From Dehalococcoidia bacterium (GTDB taxonomy: Bacteria > Chloroflexota > Dehalococcoidia > DSTF01 > WHTK01), in the NCBI GenBank assembly GCA_035714925.1, contig DASTLN010000226.1, positions 1-55,698 on the forward strand: a stretch of DNA of 55,698 nt, read 5' to 3'. Numbering within the stretch: position 1 is the first letter of the stretch; each line of letters starts with the position of its first letter. Position numbers and translations under genes: made by a program. Under the pieces are notes generated by a model. The model was not told the origin of the DNA. It did no database searches and was given only the letters and a program-made list of their open reading frames with translations. Positions 15,555 to 23,725 of this stretch are shown here, piece after piece.

Positions 15555-17566
15555 TGGTCCAGAGCACGCGTTCGCCCGATCTCCACCTCGACGTCTCACC
15601 CGACTCGCAGCGGGTGGAACGCGGCAACGAGGTCGTCTTCCTCGTCACCCTGGAGAACCGCGGCCGCGAAGCGCAGGCGCAGAGCCTGACGGTAAGCGGC
15701 CTACCCAGCGAGTGGTGCACCCTGGAGTTCGACACGCGTCGCCGCGTGTTTCCGGGAGAGCGCCGGACCGCGAGCCTGCTAGTCCAGGTGCCGGCAAGCG
15801 TCAACGCCGAGTACCACGATTTCGCGATCACAGCAAAAGCCGGCGCCGCCGAAAGCACCGCCGCCTGCAAGCTGGAGGTTACTGTACCGGGGCAGGTCGC
15901 ACCGCAGCCGCCCGCGCCGGAGCCTCCTCCTCCTACGGCACGACCGCCGGCGCTCTCTCTCAGCCCGACGGACGTGACCTGGCGCGGAGAGGCGCAGGGT
16001 GAGGAGACGCTGCGTCTGTCCGTGCGCAATGTGGGTACTGAAGATTCTGTCTACAACGTCTTGCTGGAGGGGCTGCCAGAACACTGGTACACGCTGGACG
16101 CACAAGTCAGCGTGCCCGGCGCCCGGGCTACCGACGTACAGCTCAAGATCAACCCGCCGGCACAAGCACGCCAGGGCAACTACACGCTGACAATCGCGGC
16201 GACGCTGCAGAGCGACTCCTCGGTACGCGGCGAGGTACGCGGCACGCTGACAATCGCGGCGCCGGAGCCCGTGTCGGCGCCGCAGCGCACGGTCGCGCCT
16301 GTCAGCATTCCCGAGACGCGAGAAGTGGAGCATACAGGCCCACCCGTAATGCCGCCGCGCGTGACGCTGGGACCGAGAACGACGTTTCGCTTCGGGCCGG
16401 GCGAGGTAACAGCCCAGGCGACGATCACTGTCGAAAACCAGAGCACCTCGATCGAGCGCTATCTAATCATGGTGCGCGGCATCGACGAGGGCTGGTACGA
16501 GATGGACAACCGCGAGGTGTCGCTCCAGCCCGGCGCGAGCATCGTCGTGCCTCTGCGACTCATGCCACGGACGGGTGGTCAGTTCCCGGCCGGCGACTAC
16601 AGCTTCCGGGTCCGTGTCGCGCCGTACCAGTTCCCCGATGCCTACGCGGAGCAGGTCGGCACGCTGGCAATCGCGGGGCAGGTCAGCTTCGACGCGCGCG
16701 TAACGCCCAACCGCCGCACGGGCCGCAAGGAGAAGTACAAGCTCACGCTGCTCAATACCGGCGGCCTCCCCTTCAGCCCCTGGCTGGAGGCATCCGACCC
16801 ACACGGTATGTGCAAGTTCAAGTACAACGCCCCGAGTAGCCTGGATGTCGGAGAGGAAGCCGTCGTGCCGATCTGGGTCGGCGCGACGCGTCAGGGCTTT
16901 GCCGGCCGGCCGCTAACGCTGGACTTCCGCCTGCGGGTCAGTCCCGCGGGAGGCGGCTCTTCATCGGCGCGCACGTTCGACGCGAGCTTCATCCACCAAC
17001 CCTTCCTGGGTCAGCGGATGTTCATCTGGTTTATGGGCCTGGCGGTTATCGCTGCGATCGTTGGGGTGCTGTTCGTGATCGGGTTCTCTAGTGTGGAGTC
17101 TGCCGTTACGTCAATCAAATGTGGATTCGACGACGACTACCAGGAGGTGCCGGGCGGCCCGGTGCTGGTCAAAGAGGAGTGTGGCGGCGCGCCGACGGTG
17201 TTACAGAAGGGTTTCTTCTCGCCATCCGGCGGTGGGCAGCTCACGACGCCGACCGTGGAACCCAGCGCCACGACGACGGTGACACCGGTGCCGGGTGAGA
17301 CCGAAGTGCCGGCGGGCGCCTGCGTCGCGGACGCAGACCTCGGTTTGGCCGTCAACGACCCGGTCAAGCTGCGAAACGACGCGGTCATCCGGGACGCGCC
17401 GGCGGGCAACGATACGGGCAGGCGAGGACTCAACCAGGACGGCGTAATCACGGCGGGTCCGGAGTGCACCAACAACCTGGTCTGGTGGGAAGTTGACGTC
17501 GCCGGCCAGAAGGGCTGGACGGCGGAGCAGACCGAGGACGAAATCCGGCTGATCCTGGAGCCCTAG
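15554..17566 (+). CDS. Paralog of the preceding protein: four Ig-like domains, TM helix, C-terminal SH3b-like domain
   Basis: The start overlaps the upstream stop (TAATG). It is collinear with the 13752 product (for example ASDPHGMCKFKY versus ASDPEGRCKFKV). The TM helix is MFIWFMGLAVIAAIVGVLFVIGF. The C-terminus VKLRNDAVIRDAPAGNDTGRRGLNQDGVITAGPECTNNLVWWEVDVAGQKGWTAE fits the bacterial SH3 pattern (W.eV...g..GW). Confidence 0.7.
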   Translation: MVQSTRSPDLHLDVSPDSQRVERGNEVVFLVTLENRGREAQAQSLTVSGLPSEWCTLEFDTRRRVFPGERRTASLLVQVPASVNAEYHDFAITAKAGAAESTAACKLEVTVPGQVAPQPPAPEPPPPTARPPALSLSPTDVTWRGEAQGEETLRLSVRNVGTEDSVYNVLLEGLPEHWYTLDAQVSVPGARATDVQLKINPPAQARQGNYTLTIAATLQSDSSVRGEVRGTLTIAAPEPVSAPQRTVAPVSIPETREVEHTGPPVMPPRVTLGPRTTFRFGPGEVTAQATITVENQSTSIERYLIMVRGIDEGWYEMDNREVSLQPGASIVVPLRLMPRTGGQFPAGDYSFRVRVAPYQFPDAYAEQVGTLAIAGQVSFDARVTPNRRTGRKEKYKLTLLNTGGLPFSPWLEASDPHGMCKFKYNAPSSLDVGEEAVVPIWVGATRQGFAGRPLTLDFRLRVSPAGGGSSSARTFDASFIHQPFLGQRMFIWFMGLAVIAAIVGVLFVIGFSSVESAVTSIKCGFDDDYQEVPGGPVLVKEECGGAPTVLQKGFFSPSGGGQLTTPTVEPSATTTVTPVPGETEVPAGACVADADLGLAVNDPVKLRNDAVIRDAPAGNDTGRRGLNQDGVITAGPECTNNLVWWEVDVAGQKGWTAEQTEDEIRLILEP

Positions 17567-18594
17567 CCTCCCAGCTCACGGCCGAGGCGTCGCGTCTCAT
17601 CTGACGGCTCGACGCCCAGTTCCCGGTCCAGGATCTCGACGCAGGCACGATACTGCTGCACCGCTAGCGACCGGTTCCCCATCATGAGATGAGCATTCAC
17701 GACCATGCAGTGCGCGCCCTCGTCGCAGGCATCTCGACCAAGGATCTGACCAGCATAATCCAGGACACCGGGCCAATCGCGCTGCGTGGTAGCCTCCGTA
17801 GCCAGCCAAGTCAGGGCCCGGTGCCAGGCGGCGTTGAAACGCCGACGCGGTTCGGCAGTCCATTCCTCGTAGGGATCACTGGACATCAGCTCGCCCCGGC
17901 AGAGGGCGACGGCATCGCGAAGATGCGCCCGCACGTTACGTTTGTCATCACGCTCCAGTGCCCGCCGCGCCTGGTCGAGGTGGCTCTGCAGGTCCCAGAG
18001 GTCCACGGCGACGTCTTCGAAGCCGATACCATAGAGGCCTTGGCGAACGGTAATCACGTCCGAGGCCTCCCGCGAGATCGCAGCAAGGCTGCTGCGGATC
18101 TGATAGATCGCGATGCTCAGGTTATTGGCGCCGCGGCCGGCGCGTGAGCCCGGCCAGAAGAGCTCGATGAGAATGTCCTTCGGGACCATGCGGCCCTTCT
18201 CCATGGCGAGGTAGGCAAGCAGGAGGCGCGCTTTGCGGCCGGGCCAGTTGGTCACGAGCCTTCCGCCGACGTGCGCCTCAAAGGGGCCGAGAAGCGACAG
18301 CGTCAGCCTGGGCTGCGTTGCCGGCGGCAAAGACGGGGCGGAATCGGCCATCGGCGCCGGTGCGGCGAGACGCTGGCTCACGGCATCGAGAATCTCGGTA
18401 CTCATCTCGCGCAGGCTGGTTAGCTCGACCTGGGAGCTCTCGGAAATCGCCTGCAGACGGTCGAGGCGTCCCAGGATGACCCGCAGCATATCTGGCTCGG
18501 CCGCCAACAGCGGCCTTTCGAGGATGAAGGGAAGCGCAGGTCGACCACCAAGCGTGACGGTAGGCGAAAGGATGGCTTCGCCGGGCATGTCCAA
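17563..18594 (-). CDS. SARP/AfsR-DnrI-type transcriptional regulator (winged helix plus BTAD)
   Basis: LSLLGPFEAHVGGRLVTNWPGRKARLLLAYLAMEKGRMVPKDILIELFWP is an OmpR/PhoB-type wHTH. The following DPYEEWTAEPRRRFNAAWHRAL...AVQQYRACVEILDRELGVEPSDET is a BTAD-type domain. Confidence 0.85.
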   Translation of the reverse strand: MDMPGEAILSPTVTLGGRPALPFILERPLLAAEPDMLRVILGRLDRLQAISESSQVELTSLREMSTEILDAVSQRLAAPAPMADSAPSLPPATQPRLTLSLLGPFEAHVGGRLVTNWPGRKARLLLAYLAMEKGRMVPKDILIELFWPGSRAGRGANNLSIAIYQIRSSLAAISREASDVITVRQGLYGIGFEDVAVDLWDLQSHLDQARRALERDDKRNVRAHLRDAVALCRGELMSSDPYEEWTAEPRRRFNAAWHRALTWLATEATTQRDWPGVLDYAGQILGRDACDEGAHCMVVNAHLMMGNRSLAVQQYRACVEILDRELGVEPSDETRRLGRELGG

Positions 18595-18790
18595 ACCCCT
18601 CTGGACTGGTCGGGCGTTCCAGATGGCGCGATCTTACTCAGGTGAGGGAGACTTATCAACGGTTTTCGCGCAAACTTGACCCGGGTACTGACTATTACCT
18701 TGCAAGGTCGGTCATAATGTCCGTAGCCCTAACAGGGCCGCGACCCATATCTCGGGTCGCATCGGAAGCAATTAGACCCTTAAAGAGCTC

Positions 18791-20725
18791 GTGGTAAAGA
18801 TCGGCGGCGGCATAGCAGCTCTCCTCATCGCGCTTCTGGTAGCGTTTTTTGTGTTCCGGGGAGACGACGAGGTGAGCGCTGAGGTCCGCTACGACGGCGT
18901 CCACCTCTGCGCCCCCAGCCAGCAGACCGCTGCGACGGCGCAGGCCCGGGCCGCATCGAGCGATGCGGAGCCGCGGGGCGAGGGAGCCGAAGCGCCGTTG
19001 TTCGCGCAAAACAGCGTCGCCTGGGGCCGAACCGAGTACGACCACGGCGCCCGCCAGGACGTCGGCTGCGGCCAGACGATTGAACAGTGCGGCTGTGCCA
19101 TGACCTCCGTGGCGACGGTCATGCAGCTATTCGAAGTGGTGTCCACCCCCAGCGGCGACTTCCTCGACCCGTCGGCCTTGAATACCTGGTTCAACCGGGA
19201 TGCGCAGCTCACGGAAGCGGGCTGGGTCAGCGCCGGATACGTCTACGGCAACGTCGTGTGGACCGCGATCAACGGCTGGAAGCCTGAACCCCCCGAGGAA
19301 GAGGAGCCGCAGGGCAGCAGCGAGATCGATCAATCGCTTTCGGAGCCGGATGAGGATGAATCGCTGGGGATCCTGGAAGAGACGGTGCTGGAGGGTGTGC
19401 GCTTCTCGGGTTGGGGCACCGGCAGCGAGGAGGAAATACGTGGCGAGCTGGAGGCGGGCCGGCCAATCGTGCTGGAGGTCCCGGGACACTACATCGCCGC
19501 GGTGGGCCTGCAGGGCGACACGATCATCATCAATGATCCTTACTACCGCGACCGCACCACGCTCGACGCCTACGAGGGTCGTGTCCTGAGCTCGCGCAGG
19601 TTCGAGCCGAGCCAGGACTTCCGGTCGATCCTGGTTACGGTACCGTCCAACCTGCGTATCGAGATACGCGACGAGGAAGGCCGGACCGTCGGCACGCTGG
19701 GCGGCGAAGACCCAGCCCTGGCGGAGGCCAATGCGGCCGATGAGATGGGCGTGATGCGTTACGAGGCAGGCTGGCGCGACCCGACCTGCACCGAGCGAGC
19801 GCCACCCGAGGGCAGCGGAGTCATCTCGGTCTTTATCCCATTTCCGGAGACAGGCACGTACAGCGTCGTGGTGATCAACCCTGACGGTGGCGACACAGCC
19901 GCGGCCGTGCACACGACAGACGTTAATGGAGTGCAGGGCGTTGATGTCCACGACGGCGGCTCTCGCATCGATTTCGAGATCGACTACGGCGCCGGCGAGC
20001 CGCCCGAGCCGCCCCCACCGACCACGCCGACGCCAACACCGACGCCGGCGCCAACCGACACGCCAACGCCGGGGCCGACGGATACGCCTGTGCCGGCATC
20101 GCTGACGCCGACTCCGACCGAAACGGCGACGCTAACGCCGACCCCTACCACCGTCCCACTGGACATCACCTCTTTCACGGTGGCACTCGATGAGGTCAGC
20201 CAGACGGATGCCGGCTGCCGAACGCGGCTTAACTGGACCGTGACCGGCAATCCGGCAGGGACGGTACGGCTGCTGAGGCAGTTTGGTGCGACCCTCAACA
20301 ACGGCACCGCGGAAGTATTGATTGAAGGCCCGCCGGGGCAGGGGGCGTATATCGACCCGTTCCGGGTTGGGCCCTGGACGTATCGCGTGCTGGCGACGTC
20401 CCCGCAACAGATCACATCTCAGACGCGAACGGTGCGGCCGATCTGCATTCGGTTGTTCTCGGCGAGCCAAGACTCACATAACTCCATCGCGGTGACGAGA
20501 CGCATCGAGGGAGAGGCACCGGCGACCTATACGCTCACACGGCTGGGAGCCGGTACCGTGAGTGCCGGCCAGGTCCTGTACGGGACGACGATCACGTTCA
20601 TCGATAGCCCGCTGCTGTGCGAGACGACTTACCAGTACACGCTGCAGGTCTTCGTGGAGAACAGGGTCGTTACGTCGAATACATTCTCAGCTACGACGGC
20701 TGATTGCCCGCCTGTCATCCTTTAG
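18791..20725 (+). CDS. Membrane-anchored C39-like (papain-fold) peptidase-domain protein with PT-rich linker and C-terminal Ig-like domains
   Basis: The N-terminal TM is IGGGIAALLIALLVAFFVF. Candidate catalytic residues are a Cys in GCGQTIEQCGCAMTSVATV and a His in GRPIVLEVPGHYIAAVG, followed by IINDPYY. The linker reads PPPTTPTPTPTPAPTDTPTPGPTDTP. Confidence 0.6.
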   Translation: MVKIGGGIAALLIALLVAFFVFRGDDEVSAEVRYDGVHLCAPSQQTAATAQARAASSDAEPRGEGAEAPLFAQNSVAWGRTEYDHGARQDVGCGQTIEQCGCAMTSVATVMQLFEVVSTPSGDFLDPSALNTWFNRDAQLTEAGWVSAGYVYGNVVWTAINGWKPEPPEEEEPQGSSEIDQSLSEPDEDESLGILEETVLEGVRFSGWGTGSEEEIRGELEAGRPIVLEVPGHYIAAVGLQGDTIIINDPYYRDRTTLDAYEGRVLSSRRFEPSQDFRSILVTVPSNLRIEIRDEEGRTVGTLGGEDPALAEANAADEMGVMRYEAGWRDPTCTERAPPEGSGVISVFIPFPETGTYSVVVINPDGGDTAAAVHTTDVNGVQGVDVHDGGSRIDFEIDYGAGEPPEPPPPTTPTPTPTPAPTDTPTPGPTDTPVPASLTPTPTETATLTPTPTTVPLDITSFTVALDEVSQTDAGCRTRLNWTVTGNPAGTVRLLRQFGATLNNGTAEVLIEGPPGQGAYIDPFRVGPWTYRVLATSPQQITSQTRTVRPICIRLFSASQDSHNSIAVTRRIEGEAPATYTLTRLGAGTVSAGQVLYGTTITFIDSPLLCETTYQYTLQVFVENRVVTSNTFSATTADCPPVIL

Positions 20726-21163
20726 GCAGTCTAAAGCGCGACTGGTTCTCGACTGCTTCTGGGATGCGAAGCGCGTGAGGACGACGGGCTAGAGCGACCG
20801 TTGCTCCTGCCGGCTCTTGGTTGGCCGACAGGAGTCGTAGAGGAGTAGTCGAATGACGGCGTTCACATCTCCGTAATGGCTTTGACACCTGAAGTAGGCG
20901 GCAACGGGTAACAAACCGACACCACTACCGATAACTCGTCAAAACCGACACCATAACTGTCCGTCCTTAAGGGGCTCCACGGCAACCGACCCCATGCTCA
21001 GAGCTTTCGTGTCGGGCCGCCTTCTAAGCGGCGGGTCGGTGTGCAGCAGTGATTGATGACGCCCACAAGGCGAATTCAAGCTTGCGTCGCCCAGGGGTAT
21101 TGCCTATCTTATTCGACTCGGGAAGCCGCGCACCACTGGGCGAGTTCTGCTCCAAGCCCCGCC

Positions 21164-22222
21164 CTAGTTTCGCGACTCGTAGTACTCGTACACGCCCCGC
21201 GAGATCGTCTCGATGAGATCGACACCGCTCTGACGGTCCCAGAGCACCACGAGCACGTAGGCTGCGCCGGGCAGGTAGACGATGCCGGCATCGTGCAGCG
21301 CCACCGGCAGGGAGCCCGTCTTGTGCGCGACGCCGATCTCGCTGGGCACACCGGCTCGCAGGCCGTAGTCGATACCCTCCGACAGCAGCAGGCCGACCAT
21401 CGCGTCGTGCGAAGCTTCCGGCAATCTGCCACCGGCGGCGACAGATTCTAGGAGCACGCCAACGTCCCGAGCCGTCGCGAGCGGATCGCCGGGATAGAAA
21501 AGACCGCTGTTGTCGATACTCAGCGCCTCCAGCGCCGCGTTGATCTCGGCGATGCCAACCGTGTCCTGCAAGAGGACACCTGTCGGCGTGTCGCTGATCG
21601 CCATCATCAGGCGCAGCGCCTCGCCGACCGTCACCACGTCACCCACCTCGACCGCGTTCGTTCCGAGTTCGAAGGTCTTGTAGTAGGGCGTGACTTCCAT
21701 GGTGGTGTCGAAGCTGATCAGCCCCAGCGACTCTTGTCGAAAAGCTTCCCACATGACGAAGAGCTTGAAGAGGGACGCCGCGCGGAAGACCTTATCGGCG
21801 TTGACGCTGGCGCCCGTGCCGTCCTTCAGGCTCTTCACGTACACGCCGTAGGACGGTAGAGAGTCGCCGGCTAACGCCTGCAGCAACGCCGCCAGCGCCG
21901 GGTCAGCCACATAGGCGGCGGGCGGAGCCTCGACGGCAGGGGTGGTCGGCGGCCGCGTCGGGACCTGCGTCGTGTTTGCGGCGCTGGCCGCCGGCGACAG
22001 CGTGGCAAGTGCCGCAACAGCCGTGGGCCGCGGTGTCGAGATCGTCGGGGCGTCGGTTTGGTCAGCCGGTGCCTGCGTGCAGCCGCCCAGCACCAGCGCA
22101 AAGCCAATCAGCATCGCACCCATTAGCCGGGACACTCCCGCCCAACCGGCCAGGTGGAAACGCTCTGCCAGCCGCCCCAGCGTGCCGGCGCCCGAAAGCA
22201 CCTGCGATTGTAGGGACGCCAT
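21164..22222 (-). CDS. Class A beta-lactamase-like serine hydrolase lipoprotein
   Basis: The SxxK motif (ASLFK), an SDT motif in the SDN position (AISDTP) and the KTG motif (HKTGS) are all present. A lipobox-like LVLGGC is near the N-terminus. Confidence 0.75.
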   Translation of the reverse strand: MASLQSQVLSGAGTLGRLAERFHLAGWAGVSRLMGAMLIGFALVLGGCTQAPADQTDAPTISTPRPTAVAALATLSPAASAANTTQVPTRPPTTPAVEAPPAAYVADPALAALLQALAGDSLPSYGVYVKSLKDGTGASVNADKVFRAASLFKLFVMWEAFRQESLGLISFDTTMEVTPYYKTFELGTNAVEVGDVVTVGEALRLMMAISDTPTGVLLQDTVGIAEINAALEALSIDNSGLFYPGDPLATARDVGVLLESVAAGGRLPEASHDAMVGLLLSEGIDYGLRAGVPSEIGVAHKTGSLPVALHDAGIVYLPGAAYVLVVLWDRQSGVDLIETISRGVYEYYESRN

Positions 22223-22247
22223 GCTGGAACGAGCCGGAATTCGCCGT

Positions 22248-23036
22248 CTACGGGTTCGCTGTCACCACGACCCAGTAGTGGCCGTAATAGCTACCGGGGT
22301 CGTAGTAGTACCCCACGCCCACCAGCGTCGCCTTCGGGCTGAGCAGGATCGCCGCGTGCGCCGAGCTACCCAGCAGCCGGCTCAACGCCACCGCCGGCGA
22401 CGCCTGCCCCGCCGACAGCGCCTCGCCCTGGTACTGCCCCTCGAAGCCCGCGGCGGCGATACGCCCTGACGGCGTCGACCCGCTGGGCGGGTAGTGCCCG
22501 AAGAAGTTAGTCGTTGCCATGTACTGCGCGTACCCCATCGCAGAAGCCGTCAGCGTCCCGTCGAACTGAAGCTCGGGGATGCCGTTTTCGCTGCGGTACT
22601 GGTTCAGCAGCGCCATCATCTCGCCGGCATATGCCGCGGGGTCCACTGGTGGCTCCGGCGTCGGCGTCGGTTCCTCTGGCCCGGCTGTCGCGGTCGCCGG
22701 CTCCGGCGTCTCTTCCTCGACCGCCCCGGCTTCCGGCGTTTCCTCCACGTCCGGCACGACGGTGGTCCCCGCCAGCTCGTCGTCCTCGAGAGCCGCCAGC
22801 GCGGAGGGTTGCTTATCGTCGTTCGCTGTCTGCTGCAGGCTCAGCGGATTGCTGCTCGGCGCGCCGGAGCTGGCCGACTGCACCTCGCTGCCGCTGCGAT
22901 CCTGCACCGGCGCCGGCAACTGGCTCTCCGCCGTGGCCGTTAGCTGCGGCGCCGGCAGGGGCACAGCGCAGCCCAACGCCAGCAGGGCCAGCGCGAATGG
23001 CAGCAGCGGAAGCAGTCGCGTTGCTCTCATCATCAC
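22248..23036 (-). CDS. CAP/SCP (YkwD-like) domain lipoprotein
   Basis: The signal/lipobox is LLALGCAV. The C-terminus LLNQYRSENGIPELQFDGTLTASAMGYAQYMATTNFFGHY...SSAHAAILLSPKATLVGVGYY matches the CAP domain pattern. Confidence 0.8.
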   Translation of the reverse strand: MMMRATRLLPLLPFALALLALGCAVPLPAPQLTATAESQLPAPVQDRSGSEVQSASSGAPSSNPLSLQQTANDDKQPSALAALEDDELAGTTVVPDVEETPEAGAVEEETPEPATATAGPEEPTPTPEPPVDPAAYAGEMMALLNQYRSENGIPELQFDGTLTASAMGYAQYMATTNFFGHYPPSGSTPSGRIAAAGFEGQYQGEALSAGQASPAVALSRLLGSSAHAAILLSPKATLVGVGYYYDPGSYYGHYWVVVTANP

Positions 23037-23109
23037 AAAGAAACCCTTCCTTGGAAGGGTCGCGGGGGAGCTATAAGTTAAGCGCCAGACCGATAACTAG
23101 TCAAATCAA

Positions 23110-23718
23110 CTACGGCGCCGGCGCCCAGGTCGCGCCGCCGTCAGACGTCGGCCAGTCGCCCTCCGGCGTCGTGGCCACGCCGTTCTCCGCGTCCGAAAAC
23201 TCAATCCCGGTCACCGGAAGGCCTGGTGGCAGATCGTCGGCCGCCGTCCAGCTGACGCCGCCATCCGTCGTCCCGAAGAGGTTCACACCCGGGCTGCTCA
23301 ACCCCAGCCAGCCCGTATCGGCATCGATGAAGTAGAGCGCTTCAGCGGCGTTGCCGTTCGGCAGCTCGCCGGCCCCTGCCTCCGGTGGCGGGTTGCCCAG
23401 CGTCGTCATCGAGAGCAGCGTCCAGGTGACGCCGCCGTCCGGCGTCCCGAAGAGGTACTTCTCGCTGCTCCCCGCCGCGGCGCCGCCGATGCACAGCTGC
23501 CAGCCATCGCCCTCCGCCAGGAGGAAGAAGGGCCCATCCACCAGCGGCTGCCCTTCCAGCGAATCGCGCAGCGTGCACGGGTCGACTAGCTCGGGCCCCG
23601 TCGTCACGGATGGCGCGGTCGGCGTCTCTGTCGGTTTGTCATCGTCGTTACACGCCGTCAACATCACCGCGATGACGGCGAGTAGCGCAAAGCAGAGCCG
23701 GGCGGGGAGGGATGCCAA
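23110..23718 (-). CDS. BNR/Asp-box repeat lipoprotein
   Basis: The lipobox is VMLTACND. Three Asp-box-like motifs are present: PDGGVTWT, TDGGVSWT and SDGGATWA. Confidence 0.7.
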   Translation of the reverse strand: MASLPARLCFALLAVIAVMLTACNDDDKPTETPTAPSVTTGPELVDPCTLRDSLEGQPLVDGPFFLLAEGDGWQLCIGGAAAGSSEKYLFGTPDGGVTWTLLSMTTLGNPPPEAGAGELPNGNAAEALYFIDADTGWLGLSSPGVNLFGTTDGGVSWTAADDLPPGLPVTGIEFSDAENGVATTPEGDWPTSDGGATWAPAP

Positions 23719-23725
23719 GAGTGGC

